Virus record (IMG/VR): IMGVR_UViG_3300009709_000020
Coordinates: 38,787-102,786 of that record
Length of the DNA: 64,000 nt
Origin: a virus
Reading direction: 5' to 3' (one strand)
Shown: positions 21,560 through 32,237 of the stretch, one piece after another
How the letters are laid out: each line of letters begins with the position of its first letter
How positions within the stretch are numbered: the stretch's first letter is position 1
Notes under the pieces: generated by a model
Database searches by the model: none
Told to the model about the DNA's origin: nothing
Seen by the model: the letters and a program-made list of their open reading frames with translations, nothing else
Translations under genes and position numbers: made by a program

Positions 21560-22972
21560 ATGAACATAAAAGAAATTGCCAATTTTAAATTGTCAGATGC
21601 AGTAAAATTCCACAAAACCCTAAATCCTAAACTTTGGGAAGATAATCATTTGATTCCTGAGGTTAGAGAAAAATTATTGGTTATTGCAGAAGATTTCTTG
21701 GAAGAACTTGGTATTCATCCTTTAAAGGTTGAAGATGTTCGCATCTATGGATCAAATACATCATACACTTATACCATTCATAGTGACATAGATTTACACA
21801 TATTAGTTGATTATAATGATTTGCCGGACAACGATGTATATAAAGAGTTGTTCAATGCAAAGAAAACAATTTACAATGAAACGCACAAAGTAAAAATTCG
21901 TGGAATTCCAGTAGAGTTATATGTACAAGATACAAATGAAGAGAATAAATCCATCGGAACATACAGTATATTACATGATCATTGGATCAAATATCCACAG
22001 AAACAAGATGTTACTATTGATGAGGCATCTGTTAAAGCAAAATATGAAAAATTAGCAGATTATGCTGACCATGTGTTAAAAACCGAAAATCCATATAAGT
22101 TAGACACTTTTTTGAAATTGCTTAAGCGATATAGACAAGCGGGATTAGAAAAAGGGGGAGATTTGGGCCCCGAAAATCTTGTTTTTAAATTACTAAGAGC
22201 CAATAATTACATTGGAAAAATTAGAAAATTAAAACAAAAATTGCACGGACAACAATTATCACTTGAACATATAAATGAGGCATCCGGATATATACCTTCC
22301 GAAAAAGAAAAAAATGATCCCCGTTTTAAAACTGGGTTGACAGTTGATGTTAAACCAGACTCAATTCAAAAAAATGCAAAAGCATTTGGCTCAAAAGTTT
22401 CTCGTCCTGGTATCCCGCCCCAAGCAAAAACAAACGGAAAAATTTCAGAAAATTTTGAATTTAAGTCATTCCAGATTCACAATGAAGATAACACTGATTC
22501 GGACATGGAAAATTTTCTAAAATTGTTGCAAAACAATAATACTCCTCATAAATTACTAGAGGATGTTATGGATGCAATGGATAAGAAATCTACCCGAATA
22601 AATGAACAAAATGATCCTTCCGTAACCATTTCTCAACTAGAGCAATTTATCAATTCAAAAAAGATTGATTTGATAATAGGTAATAAATATATTCCGGTCA
22701 TGCTTGCTCTTTTCAATGGCATATTAACTGTTTGTGACATACACAAAAATTCCTCTTTAATCACTCCTGCGGAATTTGGTGTACTGACAGAAATAAATGA
22801 ATATGATGTAAATATAGAATTTTCAAGTGGATCGTATCGCTATCCACTTGGGATTTATAAAATTGCAACTGTAACAGGAACAATTTTTGTTGAAACACCT
22901 GAAAATTATGAAAAATTACGAACAGCCATCGCGTTAAAATTTGATAAAGTTTTGCCTCCCCTAAAAATTTGA
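21560..22972 (+). CDS. Polymerase-beta-superfamily nucleotidyltransferase with C-terminal extensions
   Basis: IYGSN...SDIDLHI (GS, DxD) and VELYVQD; TTAAATA-5nt-ATG late promoter. Confidence 0.7.
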   Translation: MNIKEIANFKLSDAVKFHKTLNPKLWEDNHLIPEVREKLLVIAEDFLEELGIHPLKVEDVRIYGSNTSYTYTIHSDIDLHILVDYNDLPDNDVYKELFNAKKTIYNETHKVKIRGIPVELYVQDTNEENKSIGTYSILHDHWIKYPQKQDVTIDEASVKAKYEKLADYADHVLKTENPYKLDTFLKLLKRYRQAGLEKGGDLGPENLVFKLLRANNYIGKIRKLKQKLHGQQLSLEHINEASGYIPSEKEKNDPRFKTGLTVDVKPDSIQKNAKAFGSKVSRPGIPPQAKTNGKISENFEFKSFQIHNEDNTDSDMENFLKLLQNNNTPHKLLEDVMDAMDKKSTRINEQNDPSVTISQLEQFINSKKIDLIIGNKYIPVMLALFNGILTVCDIHKNSSLITPAEFGVLTEINEYDVNIEFSSGSYRYPLGIYKIATVTGTIFVETPENYEKLRTAIALKFDKVLPPLKI

Positions 22973-23018
22973 CATAATACCAAAAATCTATAAAAGAAGT
23001 TTTTTAAGGGAGAAACCT

Positions 23019-23297
23019 ATGGAAATAACCGGTGCACTCCATGCAGCCGAAATTCAGGCACATAGATATCTAATGTTTTCCAAATTGCCTTATAAAATGC
23101 GAAATACCAACACAAAACTCAATTATTTCATGCGGTTACTTAGAGCAACGCTTGAGGAAATAAGTAAACAGGAAGTTGAAACAAAACGCGATAATCGACA
23201 GTTTCAACAAGACAAGTTGTTGGAAAACATACAACAATTCAAAGATGCATTGGATTTATTCGACAGAGAAATGACAATCGTACAACTCAAAATCTAA
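23019..23297 (+). CDS. Hypothetical helical protein
   Basis: 92-aa ORF with GGGAG SD; TTGACA at 22969. Confidence 0.65.
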   Translation: MEITGALHAAEIQAHRYLMFSKLPYKMRNTNTKLNYFMRLLRATLEEISKQEVETKRDNRQFQQDKLLENIQQFKDALDLFDREMTIVQLKI

Positions 23298-23342
23298 AAA
23301 AATCTGATTTGAAATTTTTTTCAGATTATCCGAAAAAAAAGT

Positions 23343-23371
23343 TTGACACAGGAATCAAATCACTTTAGAAC
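23343..23371 (+). promoter_or_regulatory. Host-sigma70-type early promoter
   Basis: TTGACA-17 nt-TAGAAC upstream of MoxR gene; AGGAG SD follows. Confidence 0.6.
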
Positions 23372-23429
23372 GACTTCACAGACAGCGATGAAGCAGTCTT
23401 GTAAAACAATCTTTAGGAGTTAATAAAAT

Positions 23430-24539
23430 ATGGCACAAGTTTCCGATAATGCACTAACAGTTACCCCAGTACAAGCCCGCAAGGCTATTCTGAAGGCTTT
23501 CAAAGTAAAGCGTCCTATCTTTCTTCGTGGTCCCGCAGGCATCGGCAAGTCTGATATCATGGAAGATATCGCAGTAAATGAACTGAAGGGCGCAATTGTT
23601 GATATGCGTCTATCACAATGCGATCAAACTGATCTTCGCGGTATTCCTTTCTTCAATAAGGACACTGGTCTGATGGAATGGGCTCCCCCAGTTGAGCTTC
23701 CTTCGAAGGAATTTGCAGCACAATATCCGTATGTTGTTCTGTTTCTTGACGAAATCAACTCTGCTGCCCCTGCTGTACAAGCAGCAGCATATCAGCTAAT
23801 CCTAAATCGTAAGGTTGGTACTTATACTCTCCCTGATAACGTTGTTATCGCAGCAGCAGGCAACCTTGATACTGATAAGGGTGTAGTGTACAAGATGCCT
23901 CTTCCCCTTGCAAATCGATTCCTGCATCTCACCCTTCGCTCGGACTTCCCCAGCTGGCAAGAATGGGCAGTTAATCACAATGTTCATAAGGATGTTGTTG
24001 GTTATCTGAGCTTTGCAAAACAGGATATGCATAATTACAATGCAAATTCTCCTGATCTTGCGTTTGCAACTCCCCGGACTTGGACTTTCGTGAGTGATCT
24101 TCTCCATGTAGAAGATACGGACAATGAAACTCTGTTTCATCTGATTGCAGGTGCAGTTGGTCAGGGTGTAGCTACCAAGTTCATGGCACATCGCAAGGTT
24201 GCAAGCAAGATGCCGAATCCTTCGGACATTCTGTCAGGAAAGGTCACTGATCTTAAGACCGAAGAAATCTCAGCAATGTATTCACTGACGATTTCACTGT
24301 GCTATGAACTGCGTGACGCAGTTGATAACAACAAGATTGATGCCAAGGAACTCGAAAAGATGGCAGATAATTATCTGGTCTATATGATGAAGAATTTCGA
24401 ACACGAACTGGTAGTTATGGGCGCCCGTATCGCACTTAAGACTTATTCACTTCCGATCGAATTCTCAAATCTGCCCAGCTTTGATGAGTTCTTCAAGCGC
24501 TTCGGTAAACACATTGTTGCAGCATCGGGCGCTCGATAA
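23430..24539 (+). CDS. MoxR-family AAA+ ATPase
   Basis: Walker A GPAGIGKS, Walker B LFLDE, AAGN sensor, LANRF; vWA partner downstream. Confidence 0.9.
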   Translation: MAQVSDNALTVTPVQARKAILKAFKVKRPIFLRGPAGIGKSDIMEDIAVNELKGAIVDMRLSQCDQTDLRGIPFFNKDTGLMEWAPPVELPSKEFAAQYPYVVLFLDEINSAAPAVQAAAYQLILNRKVGTYTLPDNVVIAAAGNLDTDKGVVYKMPLPLANRFLHLTLRSDFPSWQEWAVNHNVHKDVVGYLSFAKQDMHNYNANSPDLAFATPRTWTFVSDLLHVEDTDNETLFHLIAGAVGQGVATKFMAHRKVASKMPNPSDILSGKVTDLKTEEISAMYSLTISLCYELRDAVDNNKIDAKELEKMADNYLVYMMKNFEHELVVMGARIALKTYSLPIEFSNLPSFDEFFKRFGKHIVAASGAR

Positions 24540-24579
24540 ATCTAGCAAAATATAAGTTTCGAGTCGGAAACTTGAAAAA

Positions 24580-24604
24580 GCTAATGGGACATAGTCCCAT
24601 TAGC
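24580..24604. terminator. Hairpin/terminator between convergent genes
   Basis: GCTAATGGGAC-ata-GTCCCATTAGC, preceded by an A run (U tail on the - strand). Confidence 0.65.
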
Positions 24605-24671
24605 CATTTATAAAATCCGAAATTCAGATAGATAACCGGCTTCTTTGGAAATTTTTTATTGAGGCAAATGG

Positions 24672-26180
24672 TTATGTTTTGGTCCATAACCATTTGCTAT
24701 TTCCGCAATCATAAAAGACCAAATATCCTAATTGTTTCATGATTTCAGGTTCAGACATCATTGGATCATGTCCCATTTTCACTAATCTTTTTTTAGTGAA
24801 TGATGCTCTGTGATACCTAATACCATTTTTCAAATACCAATAACCCACATTATTTTCATGTGTTGTGATTTCCATGAAACCCAATGACTTGTAAAGATTC
24901 CCATTGCTCCAACATCTATCTGCATATGATACGATTTCTGTTGGGTTTAATTCTGATATAAAATGTTTGAACAATTTACTAGCACCTCCCACCACAGTGC
25001 CCGATGAACAATAGCGTACTAATTCGTATGCATTTTTTGTGAATCGTGATTTTGAAAAACTCATTGTTGCTACCAAATTATTTTCAAAAAATAAACCATA
25101 TTTGAATTTTGCATTTGCATTCCCGTACAAATGATTTTCCTCACAGAACTTTTTGTAAAGCTTCGGCGTAATTTCGGATATTGAGCATTTTCTAGCATAT
25201 AATTTATTAGAAACACCCAACACACTTTTAAGTCTTGCCTCAATGATGTCACGTGACCCATGCCATTCATTTTCAAAAATTTGAATCAAATGTATTCCTA
25301 GTTTTTTGCATTTTATGTATTTGTCAACGTGATAATTTGATTTTTTCTTTATATCCGAATGCCAATAAATTCCATTATGTTCTATTGCAATTTTTTTGCT
25401 AGGTATGTAAATATCTAACTCTAATCCATTTAAAATATCGGTATCATTCGTGACGATATCAAATCCCAGCCCACTAACAAAATCTCCTATCTCTATTTCG
25501 GGAATTGATCTGGTCTTTGGATAGCATTTTCTGCAAATAGGAACTGTTCCGTAGTCGATATGTGATTGGAACCTATGATCACACTGAATGCATTTCCAAG
25601 GATATTTGTTTAGGCGGTTTGATCCAATATATTCTTCTCTGGTAAATTCAGGGGTGACTTTTTCTTTAACGCGATTAATGACCTGTTCAAAACCGATAGA
25701 TGTTTTGTTATAGCTAGTTTGTTTGCGTTGTTCACTGTAATCGCGCTTAGACATGGTCTGTTTGCGCTTATCTTTTATACTTTGGTGTTTAGCAGGATTA
25801 TCTTCTCCGTATTTCTCTTTCCATGTTTCTTTGCGTTTTTCTAAAATATGTTCCATCATTTCAGGAGAATGTGGTTCGCGATTTTCTTTGATATATGCTT
25901 GAAAGCAAGCGCATCCCGGAACTTTATTGCAGAATCCATATCCAGAATCTGGTTTCAGGCGTTTTTTCTCGCCTGAAGGACAGAATGGATTTGGTTTTCC
26001 ATTGAGGATGTAATATACTCTTTCAGTGACAGTAGTGTTTTCAGGAAAAATAGATGTTTCGGACAAAACCCATTCATACAATCCAGGATGTGACTTGCTT
26101 TTTACAACCTGACCCAAAACACGAGGATTGGATTGTTCAACTATTGTACGTAATTTTTCGATCATGTAATAGTGTATCAT
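24672..26180 (-). mobile_element. Free-standing homing-endonuclease-like gene (Vsr/PD-(D/E)XK-like core, Hef-like)
   Basis: CxxC..CxxC ribbon, ELDIYIP..KIAIEHNGIYWHS, YARKC, VVGGASKLF; antisense insertion between MoxR and vWA genes; ATAAATA on the - strand at 26198-26204. Confidence 0.75.
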
Positions 26181-26219
26181 GTATTTAAATTTTAAGTTAT
26201 TTATTTGGTCAACATACGG

Positions 26220-26248
26220 TTGACATTAAACATGTTTTTTGATAGAAA
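26220..26248 (+). promoter_or_regulatory. Early sigma70-type promoter
   Basis: TTGACA-17-TAGAAA. Confidence 0.55.
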
Positions 26249-26283
26249 ATCTAAGTGAATAAAGTTTCGAAAGGAAGACACAA

Positions 26284-27570
26284 ATGAGTCAAGTTCTACC
26301 CAATACTAAGTCCAAGTCAAAGACACGAAATGATAAGATGGATAATCTTGTGGGTCCTACTGACCCTGCAATCGACGCGAAGGCACGTGATGCGCTCGTT
26401 ACCTCACGTATTCGCCTGATCTTCACTAATCCATTCTTCGGTCATCTTGCAATGCAACTTCGTCTAGAAAATGCAGATGAGTGGTGCGGCACTGCTGCTA
26501 CTGACGGTCGCAAGTTCTATTATAATTCAAAATTCATTATGCTTCTAAAGGAATATGAAGTTGATTTTCTAGTAGGTCATGAAATTTTGCATTGCGCATA
26601 CGATCACTTTGGTCGTCGCGAATACCGTGATCCACAAATTTTTAACATTGCATGTGACTTTGCAGTCAACGCGGATCTTAAGAAGCATCGTATTGGTGAT
26701 TTCATCACTTCTGTCCCTTGTCTGTATGATAAGAAGTATGAAGGTTGGACTTCAGAAGCAATCTATGATGATCTCATGCAAAATGCAACCAAGATGAAAC
26801 TAGATGAACTTATGGATCAACTGCTTGACGAACATATGGATGGTGGTGATGGTGACGGAGAAGACGGAGAAGGAAACACTCCGGGTAAAGGTCGCCCTAA
26901 GATGACACAAGCTGAGCGTGACGAAATCCGTCAGGAAATGAAGCAAAACCTGATCAATGCAGCGCAGCAGGCTAATGATGCAGGCGATGTTCCCGGAAAC
27001 ATTCAACGCATGATCAAGGAACTAACAAATCCTGTTATGCCGTGGCGCGAACTTCTGCAGACCAATCTGACATCAGCAATTAAGAGCGATTACACGTATA
27101 TTCGTCCTTCACGTCGCGGATGGCATATGGATGCAATTCTCCCGGGTCGTGCACCTGATGAGGAAATCGATGTAGTGGTTGCAATTGACATGTCAGGTTC
27201 AATTTCACAAAAGCAAGGAACACAATTCCTTTCTGAAGTTGCAGGAATGATGTCTCAATTTGCTGGGTATAAGATCAAGGTCATGACTTTTGACACTCGA
27301 ATTTATAATCCTAAGACTTATACATCTGAGGACATGGAAAATATTGCTGAATATGAGCTAATGGGCGGCGGCGGAACATGCTTTAATTGCATTTTCGAAC
27401 ATCTTAAGGAAGCAGAACAAGCTCCTACAAGACTGATCGTTTTTACTGATTGCTATGTTTCAAATTGGGGTGATCCTGATTTCTGTCCTACTACGTTTAT
27501 CATTTATGATAACCCGTCATGTGTTCCCCCATATGGCACTTGGGCACACGCAGATCAGCATAGTATCTAA
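26284..27570 (+). CDS. Metallopeptidase-like + vWA domain protein (MoxR partner, DUF2201-like)
   Basis: TAATDG, HEILH (HExxH), MIDAS DMSGS, GGGGT, VFTD. Confidence 0.85.
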   Translation: MSQVLPNTKSKSKTRNDKMDNLVGPTDPAIDAKARDALVTSRIRLIFTNPFFGHLAMQLRLENADEWCGTAATDGRKFYYNSKFIMLLKEYEVDFLVGHEILHCAYDHFGRREYRDPQIFNIACDFAVNADLKKHRIGDFITSVPCLYDKKYEGWTSEAIYDDLMQNATKMKLDELMDQLLDEHMDGGDGDGEDGEGNTPGKGRPKMTQAERDEIRQEMKQNLINAAQQANDAGDVPGNIQRMIKELTNPVMPWRELLQTNLTSAIKSDYTYIRPSRRGWHMDAILPGRAPDEEIDVVVAIDMSGSISQKQGTQFLSEVAGMMSQFAGYKIKVMTFDTRIYNPKTYTSEDMENIAEYELMGGGGTCFNCIFEHLKEAEQAPTRLIVFTDCYVSNWGDPDFCPTTFIIYDNPSCVPPYGTWAHADQHSI

Positions 27571-27578
27571 TCTAACAT

Positions 27579-27608
27579 GAAGAGGGGAATATTCCCCTCT
27601 TCTAATTT
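27579..27608 (+). terminator. Terminator after the vWA gene
   Basis: Perfect 24-bp palindrome GAAGAGGGGAATATTCCCCTCTTC followed by TAATTTT. Confidence 0.65.
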
Positions 27609-27612
27609 TCGG

Positions 27613-27873
27613 ATGAACGAAATGATTACATATATTCTTCCGGTAGAATTTCAAAATAAGTTGGTTAGAACAGTAAAAAGATTATCCAAATTATATGCTT
27701 CAGAAGCATTGTCACAATCTGAATATTATTCATATTGTATGAAAGAATTTGATATTGTGGGTTGTAGTATAAAAATTGAATTTGATCGTAATGCAACCAC
27801 ACATGGGTTCGTAACAACATTTGAATTTGAAACAGAACAAAAATTATTAGAATTTATGTTGAAAGAAATGTAA
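27613..27873 (+). CDS. Small hypothetical protein (start uncertain)
   Basis: The track start at 27577 overlaps the terminator, so a downstream Met is more likely; ends FETEQKLLEFMLKEM. Confidence 0.55.
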   Translation: MNEMITYILPVEFQNKLVRTVKRLSKLYASEALSQSEYYSYCMKEFDIVGCSIKIEFDRNATTHGFVTTFEFETEQKLLEFMLKEM

Positions 27874-28103
27874 TGAAATTCACTATCCATCTTCCATTGA
27901 ATACCCAAGAAAAATTCAGAACTGAACTCAACACGAATGCATATCTCGCTTATTCGGATCTTGGGTATGCTTGGGTTAAAAAATTGCTAAATGTCGACCA
28001 CGTATCATCTATGATTCATGATTATAATGTGAAACAGTTTAAGGTTTGGTGTGCAGTAGATAATGAAAAGAAAGCGGCAGAAATGTTGTTGAAATATGGC
28101 TAA
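27873..28103 (+). CDS. Small hypothetical protein
   Basis: TAATG coupling; ends AAEMLLKYG. Confidence 0.6.
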   Translation: MKFTIHLPLNTQEKFRTELNTNAYLAYSDLGYAWVKKLLNVDHVSSMIHDYNVKQFKVWCAVDNEKKAAEMLLKYG

Positions 28104-28335
28104 AAAATTATTTTCTTTACGCGCAGACCATCCATTGCTAGATGAATTTAGGACTAGTACAGGATATTTTGATGTAAGATCAGTGAAATTTTGTGAATGG
28201 ATGGATGCTAAATATCCTGGAAGTTACACAACAGTGCCACATTCAACGTGGACTTTCGATGGGTTTTATTTTCAATTCACGCTTATATTCAATGATGATA
28301 AACAGTTGGCAGAATTTATTTTACGCTATATTTGA
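28096..28335 (+). CDS. Small hypothetical protein
   Basis: Overlaps previous stop; ends FNDDKQLAEFILRYI. Confidence 0.6.
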   Translation: MAKKLFSLRADHPLLDEFRTSTGYFDVRSVKFCEWMDAKYPGSYTTVPHSTWTFDGFYFQFTLIFNDDKQLAEFILRYI

Positions 28336-28403
28336 CACCAAAATTATTTTTAACTCCTTGTATTGACGTAAATAATATTATATACAAGGAGTTAAAATTT
28401 ATA

Positions 28404-29114
28404 ATGGCATTTTTAAGACATATTGGTCGCATCGGCGATAGAAAAGTAGCAGTGATTTTTAGAGAAGTTCCGGGCGAAACGCACATGGCATTGGTAGCCT
28501 ATCCAGAACTTCTTAATCGTCATGTTCATGATCCTCTCATGCAGTGCATCGAATCTCAAGTGGGTCAACAAGCAATTGATCTTGCAGAAGCGTTGAATCG
28601 CACATACACAAAAGATGGTTCTGTGATTCTTCAAAAGCTACATGCTGAAGGACAACTCAAGAAAGTCAAAACCGAGCTAGTTGTAATGACCCCTGCTCCT
28701 GGAATTCAAATCAAACTTTCTGAACTAAATCAAATTTTAGATCAAATGGAACAAGGTGAGGCAGCCACGAAGAAATTGGCCGAAATGGATTCGCAACTTG
28801 GTCTACAGGATCCAGTAGCTATTGCAAAGCGTCTGCGTGGCGACAAGGATGCAACCTTCGCAAACCCATCAAATCTCCCCTCTGATGTTTTAGGTAATGA
28901 TTCTATTGCAAACAATCTCCGCGCACAAGCAGCTAAAATGTTGAGTGAAGCAAAGGGTCTTGTTGCAGAGGCAGAACGACTTCAAGCCGAAGCAACAGCA
29001 CTTGTTCCGGTTACATCTGATTTAAACCCAGGTGACAGGGTATCATCCAATTTGACCGATAAACCGGTACAAAAAAGCAGAGGCAGACAAAAGAAGGCTG
29101 CTGTATCAGAATAA
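28404..29114 (+). CDS. Hypothetical protein with coiled-coil and basic C-terminal tail
   Basis: Start moved to ATG 28404 (AAGGAG and GTAAATA upstream); ends KSRGRQKK. Confidence 0.7.
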   Translation: MAFLRHIGRIGDRKVAVIFREVPGETHMALVAYPELLNRHVHDPLMQCIESQVGQQAIDLAEALNRTYTKDGSVILQKLHAEGQLKKVKTELVVMTPAPGIQIKLSELNQILDQMEQGEAATKKLAEMDSQLGLQDPVAIAKRLRGDKDATFANPSNLPSDVLGNDSIANNLRAQAAKMLSEAKGLVAEAERLQAEATALVPVTSDLNPGDRVSSNLTDKPVQKSRGRQKKAAVSE

Positions 29115-29130
29115 AGGTATAAAATAAAAA

Positions 29131-29433
29131 ATGATTCCTGACTCTGAATTTTACGATAAGTGGGAACAATTATTAAATGAGGTTGATAAACTGAGAATCC
29201 CTGCTCAGTTTATCAAAAAACTTATTCTTAAACTTGACGGTAGAAAACAACACACTATTAATATTGCAAAATTGCTCAAACAGGGATTGTCAATGGATGA
29301 ACTTGAGGAAGCAGTAGCAAAAAAATTGTATGAATACGAAGAACAATTAGTCGATTTGGAATTCATTATAGATTTACAGGCAGTAGCAGATGAAATTCAA
29401 CCTGAAACAGATAAGTTATTAAGAAAATTATGA
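29131..29433 (+). CDS. Hypothetical acidic protein
   Basis: 100-aa ORF coupled to DHFR (ATGA overlap). Confidence 0.7.
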   Translation: MIPDSEFYDKWEQLLNEVDKLRIPAQFIKKLILKLDGRKQHTINIAKLLKQGLSMDELEEAVAKKLYEYEEQLVDLEFIIDLQAVADEIQPETDKLLRKL

Positions 29434-29879
29434 AATTAATTGTTGCATCTGATCCCATCGGTGGAATGGGATATAGAAATACTCTTCCTTGGACAAAAAT
29501 AAAAGGTGATTTACCCCGATTCAAGGCACTTACTGATAATCAAAAAATAATTATGGGAAGAAAAACATGGGATAGTCTTCCACTAAAACCGTTACCGGGA
29601 AGAGTATCATATGTTGTATCATCCGTTAAACAAGATGATGTAACAACAATATCAATCGCAGATTTAAAATTACCCATGTTTGATGATGCTTGGTTGATTG
29701 GAGGAGCAACATTGATCAAACATTGTTGGGATTATATAGACGAGATTCATTTATCTAGGATTTTCAACCTTTATGTTTGTGATACATACTTGGATCTTGC
29801 TACAATTCACGATAAGTTTGATCTAGAAAGTTTGGCTAAACTTTCTGATCATACATATGAAGTTTGGAAAAGAAAATGA
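29430..29879 (+). CDS. frd: Dihydrofolate reductase
   Basis: LIVA...GMG..NTLPW...DLPRFK..T....IMGRKTWDSLP.KPLPGR; WLIGG. Confidence 0.93.
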   Translation: MKLIVASDPIGGMGYRNTLPWTKIKGDLPRFKALTDNQKIIMGRKTWDSLPLKPLPGRVSYVVSSVKQDDVTTISIADLKLPMFDDAWLIGGATLIKHCWDYIDEIHLSRIFNLYVCDTYLDLATIHDKFDLESLAKLSDHTYEVWKRK

Positions 29880-30760
29880 AAAATTATCAAGAATTATTGC
29901 AAGATGTATTGGATAACGGTGAAGAAAGAGACGATAGGACAGGCACTGGCACGATTTCCGTATTCGGTAGACAAATTCGTTTCGATCTATCAAAGGGTTT
30001 TCCGGCAGTCACTACCAAAAAATTAGCCTGGCGTTCAGTTAAATCAGAATTGCTTTGGTTTATTTCAGGCAATACAAGTGAACGCAAGCTAAGACATTAT
30101 TTGCACGGAAATCCGAATGCAGAAGCATCAACTATTTGGACTGCAAATGCAGAAGCTCCTTATTGGGTCGATAAAGCAAAATTCCCTGGTGATCTAGGAC
30201 GAATTTATCAAGCACAATGGAGAGATTGGCGATCAATTAAAAAGTTTGAAGTCAATGATGATAAAGTTGATGTTCAAGTGGAAAGTGTTGATCAACTTAA
30301 AAATCTGATTGATGGATTAAAAAATGATCCATATAGTAGAAGGCATATTCTTTCTGCTTGGAATCCAGGTGAGCTAGATCAAATGGCTCTTCCTCCTTGC
30401 CACGTAATGTCACAATATTACATAAGTCAAAGCGGAAAACTAAGTTGCCATATGTATCAAAGATCGGGCGATATTTTCTTGGGTGTACCATTCAATATTG
30501 CATCGTATGCTCTATTGACTCATATGTTGGCACAAGTCACCGGTTATGCTCCCGGCGAATTGGTAATGTCATTTGGCGACCTTCATATATATAAAAATCA
30601 TGTAGAACAGGTTAAAGAACAATTGTCTAGGGCACCATTAGAATTACCTACATTACAGTTAAATAGTGAAGTAAAGAACTTATTTGATTTCACTATGCAA
30701 GATTTAAATCTAATTGATTATCAATCATATGGACCAATTAAGGCAAATATGGCAGTGTGA
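29876..30760 (+). CDS. thyA: Thymidylate synthase
   Basis: DRTGTGT, ELLWF, MALPPCH, YQRSGDIFLGVPFNIASY, DLHIY; start at the ATGA overlap with DHFR. Confidence 0.96.
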   Translation: MKNYQELLQDVLDNGEERDDRTGTGTISVFGRQIRFDLSKGFPAVTTKKLAWRSVKSELLWFISGNTSERKLRHYLHGNPNAEASTIWTANAEAPYWVDKAKFPGDLGRIYQAQWRDWRSIKKFEVNDDKVDVQVESVDQLKNLIDGLKNDPYSRRHILSAWNPGELDQMALPPCHVMSQYYISQSGKLSCHMYQRSGDIFLGVPFNIASYALLTHMLAQVTGYAPGELVMSFGDLHIYKNHVEQVKEQLSRAPLELPTLQLNSEVKNLFDFTMQDLNLIDYQSYGPIKANMAV

Positions 30761-31049
30761 TGTGAAAATTTTTCTTTGGGAGAAACCCTACTATGCAAGA
30801 TATGAAATGGGTCAAGACATTTACACGTGGATAGTAGAAGATTATTTTAAAACTCCTGCAGGACAATATGTAAAAGAACATAACATTTCATTGGAAGTTA
30901 GAATAACTGAAAATGAAGAATTTTTTGATGAAGATTCTATAGATTATTTTTATGGCGCAAGCATTAATTGTTTGCGCCATTATTATGCCAAATTGTACGG
31001 GGAATTCACTGCGCATTTATTGACAGAATTTCAACTTAGATTTTGTTAA
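30714..31049 (+). CDS. Small hypothetical protein (start uncertain)
   Basis: Fills the thyA-spanin gap; ends LLTEFQLRFC. Confidence 0.5.
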   Translation: MIINHMDQLRQIWQCDVKIFLWEKPYYARYEMGQDIYTWIVEDYFKTPAGQYVKEHNISLEVRITENEEFFDEDSIDYFYGASINCLRHYYAKLYGEFTAHLLTEFQLRFC

Positions 31050-31057
31050 ATAACATT

Positions 31058-31528
31058 ATGATTTCGATTATTATGAATTTTATATCCGACTGGATGATGC
31101 ATATTGGTATGGCAATAGGAATTATTTTGTTCCTTGTCTCAACTCTACTGTCAAACATCCCGTTCGTAAAAACATACAGTATTCCTGGCCAGTTTGCAGG
31201 AGTAATATTAATAGGTGTGTCTGCATTTTTCTTTGGCAAAGCAGATTATAAATCAGAAGTAGATAAACAAATTTCTGATTTAAAAACGCAACTTGCAAAT
31301 GCTAAAGTACAATCATCTAATGTGAATACTAACATAGAAGCAGATAATGCGGAAAAAATTCAAATAATTCATGACAAAGGCCAAACAGTAATAAAATATA
31401 TTCAAGCAAATAGTGATACAATGGACAAAGATTGTAAAGTTGATCAAAGTTTCATTGATGCATATAATAATGCAGCAACGGTGTATAATAAATTACCTGG
31501 AATTACTGGCAAGGATAGTGAACAATGA
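31058..31528 (+). CDS. Inner-membrane spanin (Rz-like)
   Basis: N-terminal hydrophobic segments, coiled-coil, C-terminal Cys; TTAAATA-5nt-ATG; followed by a lipoprotein gene. Confidence 0.7.
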   Translation: MISIIMNFISDWMMHIGMAIGIILFLVSTLLSNIPFVKTYSIPGQFAGVILIGVSAFFFGKADYKSEVDKQISDLKTQLANAKVQSSNVNTNIEADNAEKIQIIHDKGQTVIKYIQANSDTMDKDCKVDQSFIDAYNNAATVYNKLPGITGKDSEQ

Positions 31529-31797
31529 AGAAGGTCTTTGTATTGATATTTGGGTTAATTCTTCTTACTGGATGTAAAACAATTCCGGTAACATGGTCAT
31601 TTCCTGACGCACCACCATCACTAATGAAAGATTGTAGTGATTTATCAACACTTCAGAATAATGCGAAATTAAGTGACGTAGGAAATACTACTGTCAATAA
31701 TTTTGTATCATATCATGAATGCAGATTAAAAAATAAAGAATGGCGTGATTGGTATACGCAACAAAAAACAATTTATGATAAGGCAACAAAAAAATGA
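31525..31797 (+). CDS. Outer-membrane spanin lipoprotein (Rz1-like)
   Basis: Lipobox LLTG/C, Pro-rich FPDAPPSLM, two further Cys. Confidence 0.75.
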   Translation: MKKVFVLIFGLILLTGCKTIPVTWSFPDAPPSLMKDCSDLSTLQNNAKLSDVGNTTVNNFVSYHECRLKNKEWRDWYTQQKTIYDKATKK

Positions 31798-32234
31798 GTG
31801 GGCTAGAATCAATTAATACCGGGGCACATGCAAATGATGGCACTGGCGATCCAATACGTATTGCGTATCAAAAAATTAATAATAATTTTGCTACATTATC
31901 AAATTCGACCAGTAATTTAACCACAACTGTCACATCTTCTACAACAGGACAAATTGTTTATCGGTATCCGGCAAATGTTTTTACACAAGGACAATTCTAT
32001 ATTAGTGCTACTGATACGATTAACACCCAAACAATACAATTGACTGCCCAGGTATCATCAGATTTTGGTAATATAAAATATACTGCATACGGAACTACTA
32101 TTTTGGGTACACCACTATCCAATTATGCAATGAGTATTGCAGCTGGTAATGTACAAATTATTGCAACTCCGTTAAGCAATGCTACCATTACTCACTCTGT
32201 GTCGTCACAGATTTTTTGGGCAAATAGGACATAA
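31794..32234 (+). CDS. Baseplate/fibre protein with T4 gp9/gp10-type N-terminal motif
   Basis: INTGAHANDGTGDPIRIAYQKINNNF. Confidence 0.7.
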   Translation: MSGLESINTGAHANDGTGDPIRIAYQKINNNFATLSNSTSNLTTTVTSSTTGQIVYRYPANVFTQGQFYISATDTINTQTIQLTAQVSSDFGNIKYTAYGTTILGTPLSNYAMSIAAGNVQIIATPLSNATITHSVSSQIFWANRT

Positions 32235-32237
32235 TTA

